DNA of 59,480 bases, the filler included, from Sphacelaria rigidula (lineage: Eukaryota), in assembly GCA_964200075.2 (NCBI GenBank). It is 8 parts of 8 records of this genome, joined end to end, with 100 filler letters (N's around TTAATTAATTAA, not from the genome) between each part and the next. Parts side by side here need not be neighbours in the genome. Positions count along the whole stretch, not along the records: positions 7,449 to 14,796 come from CAXNAA020015312.1; positions 14,897 to 22,244 come from CAXNAA020015313.1; positions 22,345 to 29,692 come from CAXNAA020015314.1; 5 more parts are not named here. One strand, written 5' to 3'. Below the pieces are notes generated by a model. The model was not told the DNA's origin, made no database searches, and saw nothing but the letters and a program-made list of their open reading frames with translations. Both the position numbers and the translations under genes were made by a program. This document shows positions 12,622 to 23,338 of the stretch, piece by piece. Numbering within the stretch: the first letter of the stretch is position 1; every line of letters begins with the position of its first letter.

Positions 12622-12736
12622 CATTGCAGATAAAGTGGCCGCAGGACAGTAGGTAGCCCTGCGTGCCGTCTTCGATGTCCGTTAGGCAAACGTTGCACAA
12701 GGGCTTGAACATCGCGTTCATGATGGTCGATGCCAT
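12622..12736 (-). CDS. RNF212: RNF212/Zip3-type RING E3 ligase, exon 1 (MASTIMNAMFKPLCNVCLTDIEDGTQGYLLSCGHFICN)
   Basis: ATG at 12736; first half of a RING-HC finger, CxxC...CGHxxC; G|gtgaga donor, phase 1. Confidence 0.8.
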
Positions 12737-13090
12737 CGTGTCATGTACGGAGTACAACAGTACAACACAAGTACACACCAGTACGACTAAATTTTGTTTG
12801 TTTTTCAAAGGGGGCACAGAAAAGGAAGGTACCGATTGCGACTGTGTTCAAACCAACAACTTCTATGCTGAAACTATAGATGGTACTGCAACCTAGCCTT
12901 GTGCCTTTCTTACGCGACCTCGCACAGCAAGCAACTAGCAACGACATGGTTTCTCTTCTGTCCGGGAGCCAACGAAATGTCCGTGGTTGTTATTGCTATT
13001 TTCTAGAACGAGTAATTGCGCCGCACGATCAGGCACGGTACAGGTATCATTGAACCGCGTCCCACAGCACACCACTTAGCACCGCGTGCG
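12737..13090. promoter_or_regulatory. Putative bidirectional promoter and 5' UTRs between divergent genes
   Basis: 354 bp separate the minus-strand ATG (12736) from the plus-strand ATG (13091). Confidence 0.5.
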
Positions 13091-13330
13091 ATGCTGCTGG
13101 TTGGTAGACGATGTGCGAACCGGGGCGGCATATACCCTTCTCCATGGAGAAAACCGTCGTCCTTGTTTTCGTTGGTCAACAGCCATTGTCGCAGTGATGG
13201 TGCAGATTGTGGTCCTTTGGATGCTGCAACTGGCCGATCTGTTGTTGCTCCTTGCGTGCGGCACAAAACGGGCAATGGAGTAGAATCCCCACGCAAACGC
13301 AAGTATGAGCCCGGAGCCAACAAGTATCAG
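13091..13330 (+). CDS. Obg-family GTPase, exon 1 (Arg-rich N-terminal presequence, possibly mitochondrial)
   Basis: ATG-started 80-codon exon ending KYQ with CAG|gtgaga donor; phase 0 matches the Obg exon. Confidence 0.65.
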
Positions 13331-13713
13331 GTGAGATATGGAGTGTCGTGTAGATTACTTTGGATAGTGGATATATGTACTCTGGTGTATCTGTGCTGAA
13401 ATGCAAATTCTAAGGTTGCATGTGTACTGTTGTATCTCCTACCCTGTGCACTGCTGTGTCCCGTACTGTCGATGCGTATATTTAGATGCCTATCCTTGCC
13501 ACTCAGTGGATTTTCGCATCATGACCGTGAACAGGACTGTGCTTTCCGATGGGAACGATCCGACAAGATACTCTGCTGTGTTGACGTAAATATGACAAGT
13601 ACGGACCTGGTGTCAAATCAAGTTCAACCGACCAACTACAACCCACGTACAGCCCAAACGAACGGGTCACCTTTCCGTTTCGCCCTCTTCCGTTACTCGA
13701 TGGTGCGCCGCAG

Positions 13714-13780
13714 TTTGTAGATACGCTCCGCGTGGTTGCTACTGGCGGTAAGGGCGGGGACGGCTGCATTAGTCTCGAAG
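13714..13780 (+). CDS. Obg-family GTPase (ObgE/CgtA/MTG2-like), exon 2 (FVDTLRVVATGGKGGDGCISLE)
   Basis: Diagnostic Obg N-terminal FVD...GGKGGDGCIS glycine motif; cgcag acceptor and AG|gcaagt GC donor; the remainder of the gene was not found before the contig end. Confidence 0.88.
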
Positions 13781-14025
13781 GCAAGTGGGGATTGTCTTTC
13801 ACCAGTGGAGGTGCAATGGTAAAGTACAAGGGGGAAATAGTTTACTATCTTGCCTCCTACTTTACTGTACTCTACCGTAGTGTACTGGGCACTGTTCTAC
13901 TGCATCTGTGTAGAACTCTTTTCCAACAGAGACGAAGTTTACGGCAATAAGGGTGTGTCTTGGCACATTGGTTTTCGATTGAAATTGTGGGGTGGAACAT
14001 TCCCGATCTGATAGGTCGTAATTTC

Positions 14026-14340
14026 CAGGGGTCTACACGTCACACGTGCCACAGCGTTACGCGTTACGTTCACGTTACGTTTTGGCCAAAACATAACGTG
14101 AACGTTATTTTTTTTTTACGTGATGAACGTTAACGTAACGTTAATTTTTTTTCACGTGACATACGTAACGTAACGTGAACGTTTAATTGCCCAAACGTTC
14201 AAATCACGAAATATGAAACGTTTCATGTAACGTGTAACGTATATTACACGTTACACGTGCATTAGACGTTACACGTTACACGAAACGCTAAGTATCACGT
14301 TACACGTTACATGAAACGTCATGAACACGTCACATGCAGA
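14026..14340. mobile_element. Probable hAT-like transposon end with ACGT-rich subterminal repeats
   Basis: Begins CAGGGG, followed by many direct and inverted CACGTTAC/GTAACGTG motifs; matching end not seen. Confidence 0.4.
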
Positions 14341-14949
14341 GGTGAAACTTCAAGTTTGCAATGAATATAAAAATCCTGGAAGATGGTGCTTCAATAAACA
14401 CGAGTGAGTTCATGTGACCATGGTGTAGTTATGGTACTATTGCAAAAATTTCGCGCTCTCCCCACCACACGTCACAATCATAACATCATGATCATCTCGA
14501 CCACATTCGAGGTTACGTCTCAGGCCGCTTCTTATAGACTTGAAAAAGTCTCTGAGAAAAGTCATTTTGGTCAGTCTCCAGAGACTTTTTTCAAAACGCG
14601 ACTTTACAGGGCCATTTTTCATGAAAAAAGCCTCTGGAAAGCGGCCACAAATCGCAGACAGCGGGATTTTGCGAAATCTCTCTGCGAATCGCCATCGATT
14701 CGTAGACTTTTCTCAGTCTGCGAATTGTCGTTCCATCACACACTCCTCGCATACAAGCATAGTACAGTCAATGCAAAAGAGTCATCCTACGATAGGNNNN
14801 NNNNNNNNNNNNNNNNNNNNNNNNNNNNNNNNNNNNNNNNTTAATTAATTAANNNNNNNNNNNNNNNNNNNNNNNNNNNNNNNNNNNNNNNNNNNNGGGG
14901 AAAGCACTGTTTAAGGCTTGAACCTCATCTCGGAGTTAAACCTCAATTC

Positions 14950-17900
14950 GCACAATTTGTTGTTTTATCAGTATACTGTCAAACACCACCCAGGCAAATT
15001 CAATGGGAATGCTGACCTTCTCTCCCGCCTGCCCCTTCCTCCAACGGCTGTAAACTTCAGCCCAGCTTGCCGACTGACTGAGCCCGATGAAAGAGGCGTG
15101 TAAACTATCTGGCGTTTCTCGACGCTCATTTACGCGCTTGACCTTCATTGTCCAGAGACGGGTATGCACATGGGCGGCCCTCGCCCCCTACCGTGATATG
15201 TAGTCTTCGACGGGCTAAAGCACGCCAACGCCAATTTCGTCGATTTCCGCATTATCGGCCCTCGCGCAAATATTTCAGTTCGGCCACCTCCAGTTGTCCA
15301 TCTCATTTCCGTCAATACGCGCTCTCTGTTTGCCGCCCGCGCCAACCCTGCCCGCGCCCCGCCGCAATCGACAACACCTATTGCTTCCACGAACAGCGTA
15401 GCACCGGCTCCCCGCAACAGCGCACCACGAGCCTTGACAACATCCGCCACGCGCGATTCTCACAACAAGCGCCTAGCACGCTCTCCGGCAGGCACTACTT
15501 CGACAACGCCGCCCTCCGCAGCACCGTCAGTGCCCACCCCTTCTGATGATCCCGATGTACAGATCGACGTTGGCACCTCCGCCCCGTCGCCTGTTTCAAC
15601 GCTTCCTGAGCAACCATATCTGGTCGGCTCTCCGGCGGAAAGCCAACTGCGCGAGTTCCTCGTCAGTTACTCCCATCGTGATTGGGCTCGTGAACAATAA
15701 GCAGAACCATTATGCCGCGCAACCATGCGGTACGTCCATGCTGGTTGCCCCGCCCTTATCCCGGCCAATGTTCTGGCCCCGGTTGGTAAACTGCCACCAC
15801 CAAACGCCTCTGAGGTGTACGAACTCGCACGTAAGGGTACTATCTTTACAACTGATGACGGTATCCACCTGCTTGTCCGCCGCCCTACGCCCCAGCCGGG
15901 TGTAACTTCACCCGCGACCCCTGGACGCCATGCACGGCTACTCGACGATAAACCCACCCGGGTTTATGTCTCATTTTTGATGCGACCGTGGGTAATGAAA
16001 GGCTGCCACACTGACCTGTCTTGCCACCTTGGTATCACGCACGCATTAGCTTTACTCTAACGTTTCTACTGGTCGATCGGTATGGCAGTGTCCACCCGCT
16101 TCTGGATTTGGCGATGCTTCAAGTGTCAAGCTCGCAAAACTGTACGGCAGACAATACGTTGGTCAGCCATTTCAATGGCACTTCCCAACGCTCCTGGTCA
16201 CCTCATGTCTTTCGACTATTTTGGTCCTTCACCGACCACTGACCGTGCCAACACCTACATCTTACTCTTTACCGACCGTTTCAGCCGTCATGCGTCCGTG
16301 TACGCAGTCACCGCTGGAGACTTCACAGCAGCAGGCNNNNNNNNNNGCTTTATGGTTGCCCGAAACGACTTCTCTCCGACAATGGTCAGCAATTCTGCTC
16401 CGATCTCTCGGACGAACTGTATTTGCTCCTGGGCATTCGCAAAATAGCCACGAGCGCTCACCATCCTAATGGTACCGGTGGTACTGAAAGAGTTTACCAC
16501 AACATGGCCCAAATGCTTTCTATGACAGTCAACGATCGTCAACACGCTGCTACCGGTCTCTCTCCGAACGACTTACATCTCGGCCCTTCCCCCCGTCTGC
16601 CCATCACCGTGTTTGAGAGGTACACCTTGAATGGCCACCAGGGCTTGGATCAGGATTAGATATCTTACCATGACCTGGCGCGTGCACGCCAGCGCCAAGC
16701 TTTCACTCTCGTGCGTGAACAACACGCTATCAACGCTTCGCGCCTTGAGAGATCTAATAATGCTCTCTACAATTTGATGCACAAACGCTCTACTTGGAAG
16801 GTTGGCGATTGGATCTGGGCGTGCAACAGGTTGTCGCCCATCCGCCAAGGCGCCGACAGAGCCGCCAACGAGACAGTCTTGAAGACTAAGCTATCCCTTA
16901 CCTCGACGAAACCATTCAAGACTCTGGCCGTAAGGCCCTCACCATCGTCATCTGATGGCAAGTCTGTTGGTGACAAACTTCTTCACCTCGAACTCCCTCG
17001 CGATCATCAGGAACATGACGCCAAATCTCGTGTCTCTGTGCACCGTTGCAAACCTCGCACAAATCCGCATGACACTAGCGACATGCCCAAATATCTGCCT
17101 GCTGGTCTTACGCAATACGTGCTTGACAGCTATTCGACCAAGTCACCGCCTTTTTACGTTACGACGGACGACGTGACGGAACAATCCCTTCGCCTCGCCG
17201 TGTCCCATATCTCTGGTCACCAGATCATCCGCGGTCGAGGAGGAAAGATTGATGTCATGTACAAAACCCACTGGCAACACCATCGGAGAGCGCCCTGGGA
17301 ACGTGAATCCGACCCTCAGCTGCACCGCCGAGCTATTCTCCTGTACCGGACACGACCTCAGCAGCAGCATCTTGCTAACAACAAGAAATATCGCAACACG
17401 CGCCGCGGCGCAGCAGCACGCGAACTTCACCGTATGTGTGCGCTTTGTCGCCGATGGCTACACACTGGTAGCCACCAAGCATCGGGAAGAAAACGCCCGC
17501 GCGAAACAGGAAGTCCTTCCAAAAGGCGCCTACCTGTGGTACAAATACAGCGACAACCTGTGGTGGCTGGGCCAGACCAACTCCACAGAGGTGATCGTGC
17601 CTGATATATACATCGTGCGATTCATCGATGGCCTATGCAGCTCAAGCTCCGCCCAGAGCTTTATACCACCAGTCCATCCGCACGACGAGGATGTTGGCGT
17701 CTTCAGCGACTCAAGTCGGAAGCCCTTCGCCGCGGAATCCAACATAACATCGGTCGCACACATGATGTCAACGCACCGCTGTAAGCTATCACAGACATCT
17801 GTTTTTCATTCCACGACATTTCCGTTTTCCCTCCCTCCCCTATCGTTTAGATATTCCCCCCTGCTTCCATCATTCAGGACACACCAGTGCCGCCCACCGA

Positions 17901-18404
17901 CTTCAACAGTCTACAACCGGAGCTCCTTCAGCGCACAACAACGGACCACGACTGGAACTTGTATGGAGCACCTTCATCCTCGGCTACCGGAGCTTTTCGT
18001 AACCTCGCTCTTGATTTGTACGACTGGTGCTGGACCCCTTGCAGTCTTTAAGTTGCTGATTCCTTTACTTTCCTCAGCCACCATGCGCTTGCCGCATGTG
18101 ATGGACCTCTCGGCGGTTGACCTTGGTATCACCCACGTAGACGTTGTGTCCCCGGTGTGTCTTCCTTTTTTCCTCGTTATTTTGGCTAGCGCGTGGGAGC
18201 ATTTTTGTGTTCTTCCGTTTACGTTCGCTAGCCCGCAGCAGCATTATGTGCTCCTGCGTCTTCAAGCGCACTTGCGCTTTGCGGTAGCAGATTCTGCTTC
18301 CCTTGTTCAAGATGTGGGGGGATCGGGCAACCGAGTGGTTGTTGCCCTCGTGATCTGGGGTGTACCTTCTTTCTCAGTCACTACGGCCGAGTGTTTTTAC
18401 AACA
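14950..18404 (+). mobile_element. Decayed Ty3/Gypsy LTR retrotransposon pol 3' half (RNase H end, integrase, chromodomain, Tudor-like module)
   Basis: VKHHPGKFNGNADLLSRLP (RNase H end); HHCC finger (GCH...CHLG...CFKCQARK); SFDYFGP...ILLFTDRFSR, DNG and HHPNGTGGTERV integrase core; chromo-like segment at 17191-17346; multiple stops and frameshifts. The 3' boundary is approximate. Confidence 0.9.
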
Positions 18405-19489
18405 TTTGAGTTCGTTGAGTTCGCCTAACTTGCCGTTCATGACTTCACGTGGGGAAAAACCTCGATTTCCGTTGCTTTTTGAGACTCCTCTTCGCAACTG
18501 TAATAAAGGTTCGTCTGGATAGCCTAGTGTCATGAGGCTAGGAAGCGTTGATGGCGAAATCCAGTACCGCATAGTTGCGGGTCTGATCAGGCTTGACTAG
18601 GTCGGATGTGATTTCGATCAAAAGGAGCAGGCCAGGGTTGGCAGCACCTCCCGCCGTTCACTCGCTGAGTGGAGCCAACTGCTAAGTATTGCTGTAGCCG
18701 GTGAGCAACGTGAAAGAGCATTGAACAGAGCGATAACGACTACGAGTGAACCGGAAACATTTGTATCAAGTGGATATAGCCTACTGCGTGAAGTTATTGG
18801 GGTGTGAACTATTTCGGACACGATTGTACCCTGCGAGGACTGACTTTGCCAGGACTGTCAGACTTGACCCCCGTGCACACAGAGGTCGACGCATCACCAC
18901 CCTATCACATAGGCCTCGCATGGTGGTGCAGGTACAAGACACACATACATGTACATGCAAGTGGTGGACGTATTATGGTGGATCAGTGTGCACGGTCAGA
19001 CGGTGATGGTCTTCGCTGCGTACGCGTGAACGAAGGTATGCCGTACGTGGTTTTCTGCGGTGAACAGTAGTCGGTATGAACCGACCAAAATGTAGCCACA
19101 GGCATGTACGTTGCATCCTAACTTGAAATGCAAGGAGGAAAATAGGCGATTTGATGTAAATTATTTAGGCGCGTTGTGGCAGTTTAGAGACTCCGCCCGG
19201 TTAGGGACACGTTTTCGCTCGGGAACACCCCATCCGGATTACGGACATCCAGTCAGAGTTATACCTTTTGTTTCAGTGGATTGGTTTACAGAGGATGTAC
19301 ACTGTCTGTGGGGCTCTTTTGCTTCTGCAGTGAAAGACAAGTAGAGTACTAGTATTCACGGGCGGTTATGTGGCGAAGGCAGGGCTACACACGTAGTTCT
19401 TCTGAAAGCAGAGAACTGTTTGGGAACGTTGGAGAGAGGTGGAGAGGTCGATGCCGTCACCGCCAAGCTGCTTTGTTAAAAATAAAATA

Positions 19490-19913
19490 TAACAGGGGAT
19501 TCTATCAATAAGGTTAATCAATGAAATGGGGTTCGAGCTCAAAATAGCACTTTCTCCACGCTTTCAGCGATGGTGCCCGATGACTTTCTTGTCGGCCTAA
19601 TGCCCCTCGATCGCGTAGATACTTCTTCAGCGCATATTATCGACTCTGTGAGCTTACAGCGCTGTCCGAAGCCACCATTTCTACTTCTTTTTTTTCTAGG
19701 GGAAGAGGGTGATATCAGGGAAAACAGCAGTTTCGGTCAGCGCTGTAAGCTCACAGAGTCGGTAAAATGCGCTGAAAAAGTATTTATGCGCTCGAGGGGC
19801 CTTAGGCAGACAAAAAAGTCATTGGGCACAATCGCTGAAAGTGGAAAGAAAGTACTGTTTTGGGCTCGAACCTCATTTCATTGATGAACCTCATTTTATA
19901 GAATCCACTGTTA
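19490..19913. mobile_element. Foldback MITE (arms about 185 bp), TA-flanked
   Basis: The left arm TAACAGGGGATTCTAT...GAGCTTACAGCGCTG is the inverted copy of the right arm CAGCGCTGTAAGCTC...ATAGAATCCACTGTTA. Confidence 0.85.
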
Positions 19914-20649
19914 TATCTTGCACCACTACTACTAGACGTACGTCTGGCCGGGCCGTATATTGCTTACGCGGCCATCCGGCTACCCTGTAGTGAATTTTGG
20001 AAACGTTGCTCTCGTTGCCGTCCGTTTTAAAACTCCCCTATATAGAGGGTACTTATTGGGTATGCACAATTCTCAAGAGGATTTTCAACGACATCGCGTC
20101 CTCTGGGGTGAGGTTCCTTCTTCAGAGTGATTATGTCAGTATCGCACCCTCTGGAGGCTTGTTGCTCTCTAGAGGGTTTTCGACATCCAAATCTCCCTCG
20201 ATGGTTTCTGTCAATATTGAAATCCACTGGATTGTCTTCGAAGGCACTCGTGCTATGGAGATCCGGAGTTTGAACAGTCTCTGCTGTTCGAAACATAGCC
20301 TTGATGCCCACTTCCAAATTGGAACTGAGCATAAGGGACTACTTTCGAACAGCAGGTATGTTCAAATCTGTGACGAATTAACGCCGTTACGTTGAGTTGG
20401 TGTAGAGGATCTGGATAATTGGCCGTTAGTCGTGATGATCTGGATCATGGACAATAGGTTGATACCCTGGCGAGTCTAGGAGGCTGTGCCTACCAGGACA
20501 CTCCTGAATAATGAGAAATGATGTAAGGGCTGACAATCGAAACTGAGGCCAGTGAGACTGGGGAGTCCCTCAACAGCAGGGATCCAACAGTGCTTCCACT
20601 GGTTGGTGCAACAATACCGATATTAGTCCTAATGCTCGTGTTAGTGCTA

Positions 20650-21201
20650 CAGTAGTGGGCGCTGTAACTATTCATGTTGTGGAATTTTGTGATTTTTTCG
20701 TAATTGGCGATTTTCTTGGGCTTTTCTCGCTTGCCACCCCTTATCACACCGGGGATCTGAAGATATTGGTATCCGCTCCACATTCCAAAACGAAAAGAAC
20801 ATATGTACTCAATATTGAGTGACTTACGGGCTGACCGGTCATCGGGAGACCTGCAACGTTTCAGTCCAGGTTCTTACTCTTCTGTATTTTCGGTCGATCG
20901 AGCCCGCCCCGATCATGTTTTTGTAGAAATGTACAGTTTCGGTTTTGATATAATTCTACCTACTCAGTGCACTAGGGCCGAGAAACTGTGTTTCACGGTA
21001 AATAACACCCTCCTGATGAATGGGGTATTTTCTCGTTTCGCCCGATAACACCAAGTAACACTGACTTCGGCACTGTGTTTCGAAGATGATCTGTTTTTGT
21101 GTACCAAAATCCACCGACGCTTGCAATTTCGAGTTCTATCGAAAACTAGCACGCGAGGAAAACCCCAAAACACCCCTGAATAGTTAGACCGCCCACTACT
21201 G
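20650..21201. mobile_element. Tc1/mariner-type non-autonomous element
   Basis: TA|CAGTAGTGGGCGCTGTAACTATTCA ... TGAATAGTTAGACCGCCCACTACTG|TA: 25-bp TIRs (22/25 identical) with a TA target duplication. Confidence 0.85.
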
Positions 21202-21470
21202 TAGAACTCTTCTGGAAAGGAATTCAGTGGAAGGAGTCTGGTAGCTGTGAAAACCTGATAACCCACGGACGCGTGGAGAGGGTTCCAGCTGAGGAGGCTG
21301 CAGAAAGGCGGCTGGCCTGTGATTAATCCAGACTGGCCGCTTGCTGAAGCTGCGTGCAGCGGGAGCTTAGAGGCTCCTACAACTGTGTGGTGCGGCGACG
21401 AAGCGAGGAAGAGTGCAATTCGCGAAGGTCTGCTGACCTGCAGAAGGTTCGCAGATAGCCGGTTACAGCT

Positions 21471-22241
21471 ATGGCGACACCCGTGGTCATGCGGGAAGAG
21501 TTTCCACCTCCCGAATATGGGGATAGGTACTCAGAAAGGGCACCTCACACTTTTTACACGAAGTACTTTGAGTACAACAAGCGTGTGGAGCACGCTAACT
21601 CAGGGGGTGCTGTGCGGCATCAGGTGGTGCCAATGGCTCAGCAAGTGCCAACTCAAGTGCAGAGGGTGTTTGCTCGTTTGGAGCATAAACAGATCACAAT
21701 CACCCCGCCGCAATTGGTTGCGGCGATCAGAAAGCATGCTGGGTATGCGGCGGGTACTTGCCACTGTTGTGGCCAGATCGGCCATTATGTGCGCGAATGT
21801 CCCACATTCTACTGTGAAGAGTATGGGCAATCTCATGCTGCGTGCCATCAGCATCGCCAGCACAACAGCAAAAGACGAGGTAATCGTGGTGGCGGCGGCG
21901 GATACGCCGGCGGTGGAGGGTCGCAGTCGGATCCTCGGCAGCAGCAGCAGCAGCATGGGTCTGGTTCTAAGTCCGGCGCCGCTGTAGGTGCTGCTGCTCC
22001 ACAACGGGCGGTGCAGGTGGGACCGACTTATACAGTGTCGAACACTGCACCGGCGACGGCGGTGACGCCGGCGGCGACATCGGCAGCAGCGCAAGGCGCG
22101 ACGCCTGCTGACGCGCTGGTCGGAGGTTTGCCAAATTTTGGTCGGCTGGCTTGGGGTCATACCCGCCGGCGGTGCCGTTTGAACCTGGCGGGGCGTCTTC
22201 GCCTGCGCAGCTTGCGCAGCCGTGGCATCAAGTGGGATTAG
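21471..22241 (+). mobile_element. Gag-like ORF with CCHC zinc knuckle (retrotransposon)
   Basis: CHCCGQIGHYVREC fits Cx2Cx4Hx4C; intronless; G/Q/A-rich linker follows; the contig ends just after it. Confidence 0.6.
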
Positions 22242-23314
22242 CGGNNNNNNNNNNNNNNNNNNNNNNNNNNNNNNNNNNNNNNNNNNNNTTAATTAATTAA
22301 NNNNNNNNNNNNNNNNNNNNNNNNNNNNNNNNNNNNNNNNNNNNCAGGCAACGCACGGCGAGATATTAGGAGTTGGACGCTGAACTGTTGACAGCAGCTT
22401 TTTATGATCGAAATGCAGAAGATCACGTGAGCAGCAAAAAAATAAATAATAATAAGGAAGTTATGGGGATTCGAAATTCCAGAGAAGAAATAGATGAAGC
22501 CTCAAGTCCATGAGAAAAAAGAGAATCTGCAGCTGGACTCGTGACCTATCAGTTTATTGGGTACAGAAAGTCTTCGTGAAATTTCAGCTCGAGACTAGTC
22601 GCATTAGGCCGTGCGTTCAACATTTTCCGTGATGCTGTTGCACCCCACTAATACCCAGTGCGGGGTGATCGCTGACATGAACCCGCCGCAATATAAAAAA
22701 AAACACACTCCGACACGCTATCGCTTAACGATATCAGACCCACCCTGTACTCTATGCAGTACACTAACGCCATCGTCAATATGACACCAATCGAACAGCG
22801 ATACAGTCCTTTGTCATCAGGTGGGTCAGCAGTTCACAGTGACATGCTCACATGGGGTTCATTCGGGAAACTGGGGAAGCTGTAGTGTGAGCAACTTTTA
22901 GCAGCCTTCAAGCTGGACCAGCTTGTATAGAGTTGCGACCCCCCCCTCCCCCGGAAAATGTCAGGAACGGTGTAATGAGTGCAAGTAATACGATAAATCA
23001 AGCAGCAGGACGGCTGTTTTGCAGTTACATTCCATACAGCAGTACCAAGGTGTGCGTAGGCCGCTTCTTGAATACTGAATAAAGGCCTCTGAATGACTTT
23101 TCTCAGAGACCTTTTCCAGATGAATCAGTTTTCAAAACCCCACCTTATAGTCTATGAAAAAAACGCGGGGATTTGTACACCCGAGGCCATAATCTAGCCT
23201 GTGTGCAGACGGTCGTGGTGATGATCATTTGCACTTTGTGTTTGTGCCGCCTGCGCCGTGCGGTAAACTAACACGTGAAAAATCTCGTCGAGGTACAGTA
23301 TAGATGGGATGGCA

Positions 23315-23338
23315 ACACACACACACACACACACACAC
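23315..23338. repeat. (AC)12 microsatellite
   Basis: Read directly from the sequence. Confidence 0.9.

Noticed and set aside
17650-18409. Distal part of the 386-aa ORF as an extra retroelement gene
   Set aside because: Beyond the Tudor-like segment there is no motif, and it reads as 3' UTR that happens to be open.
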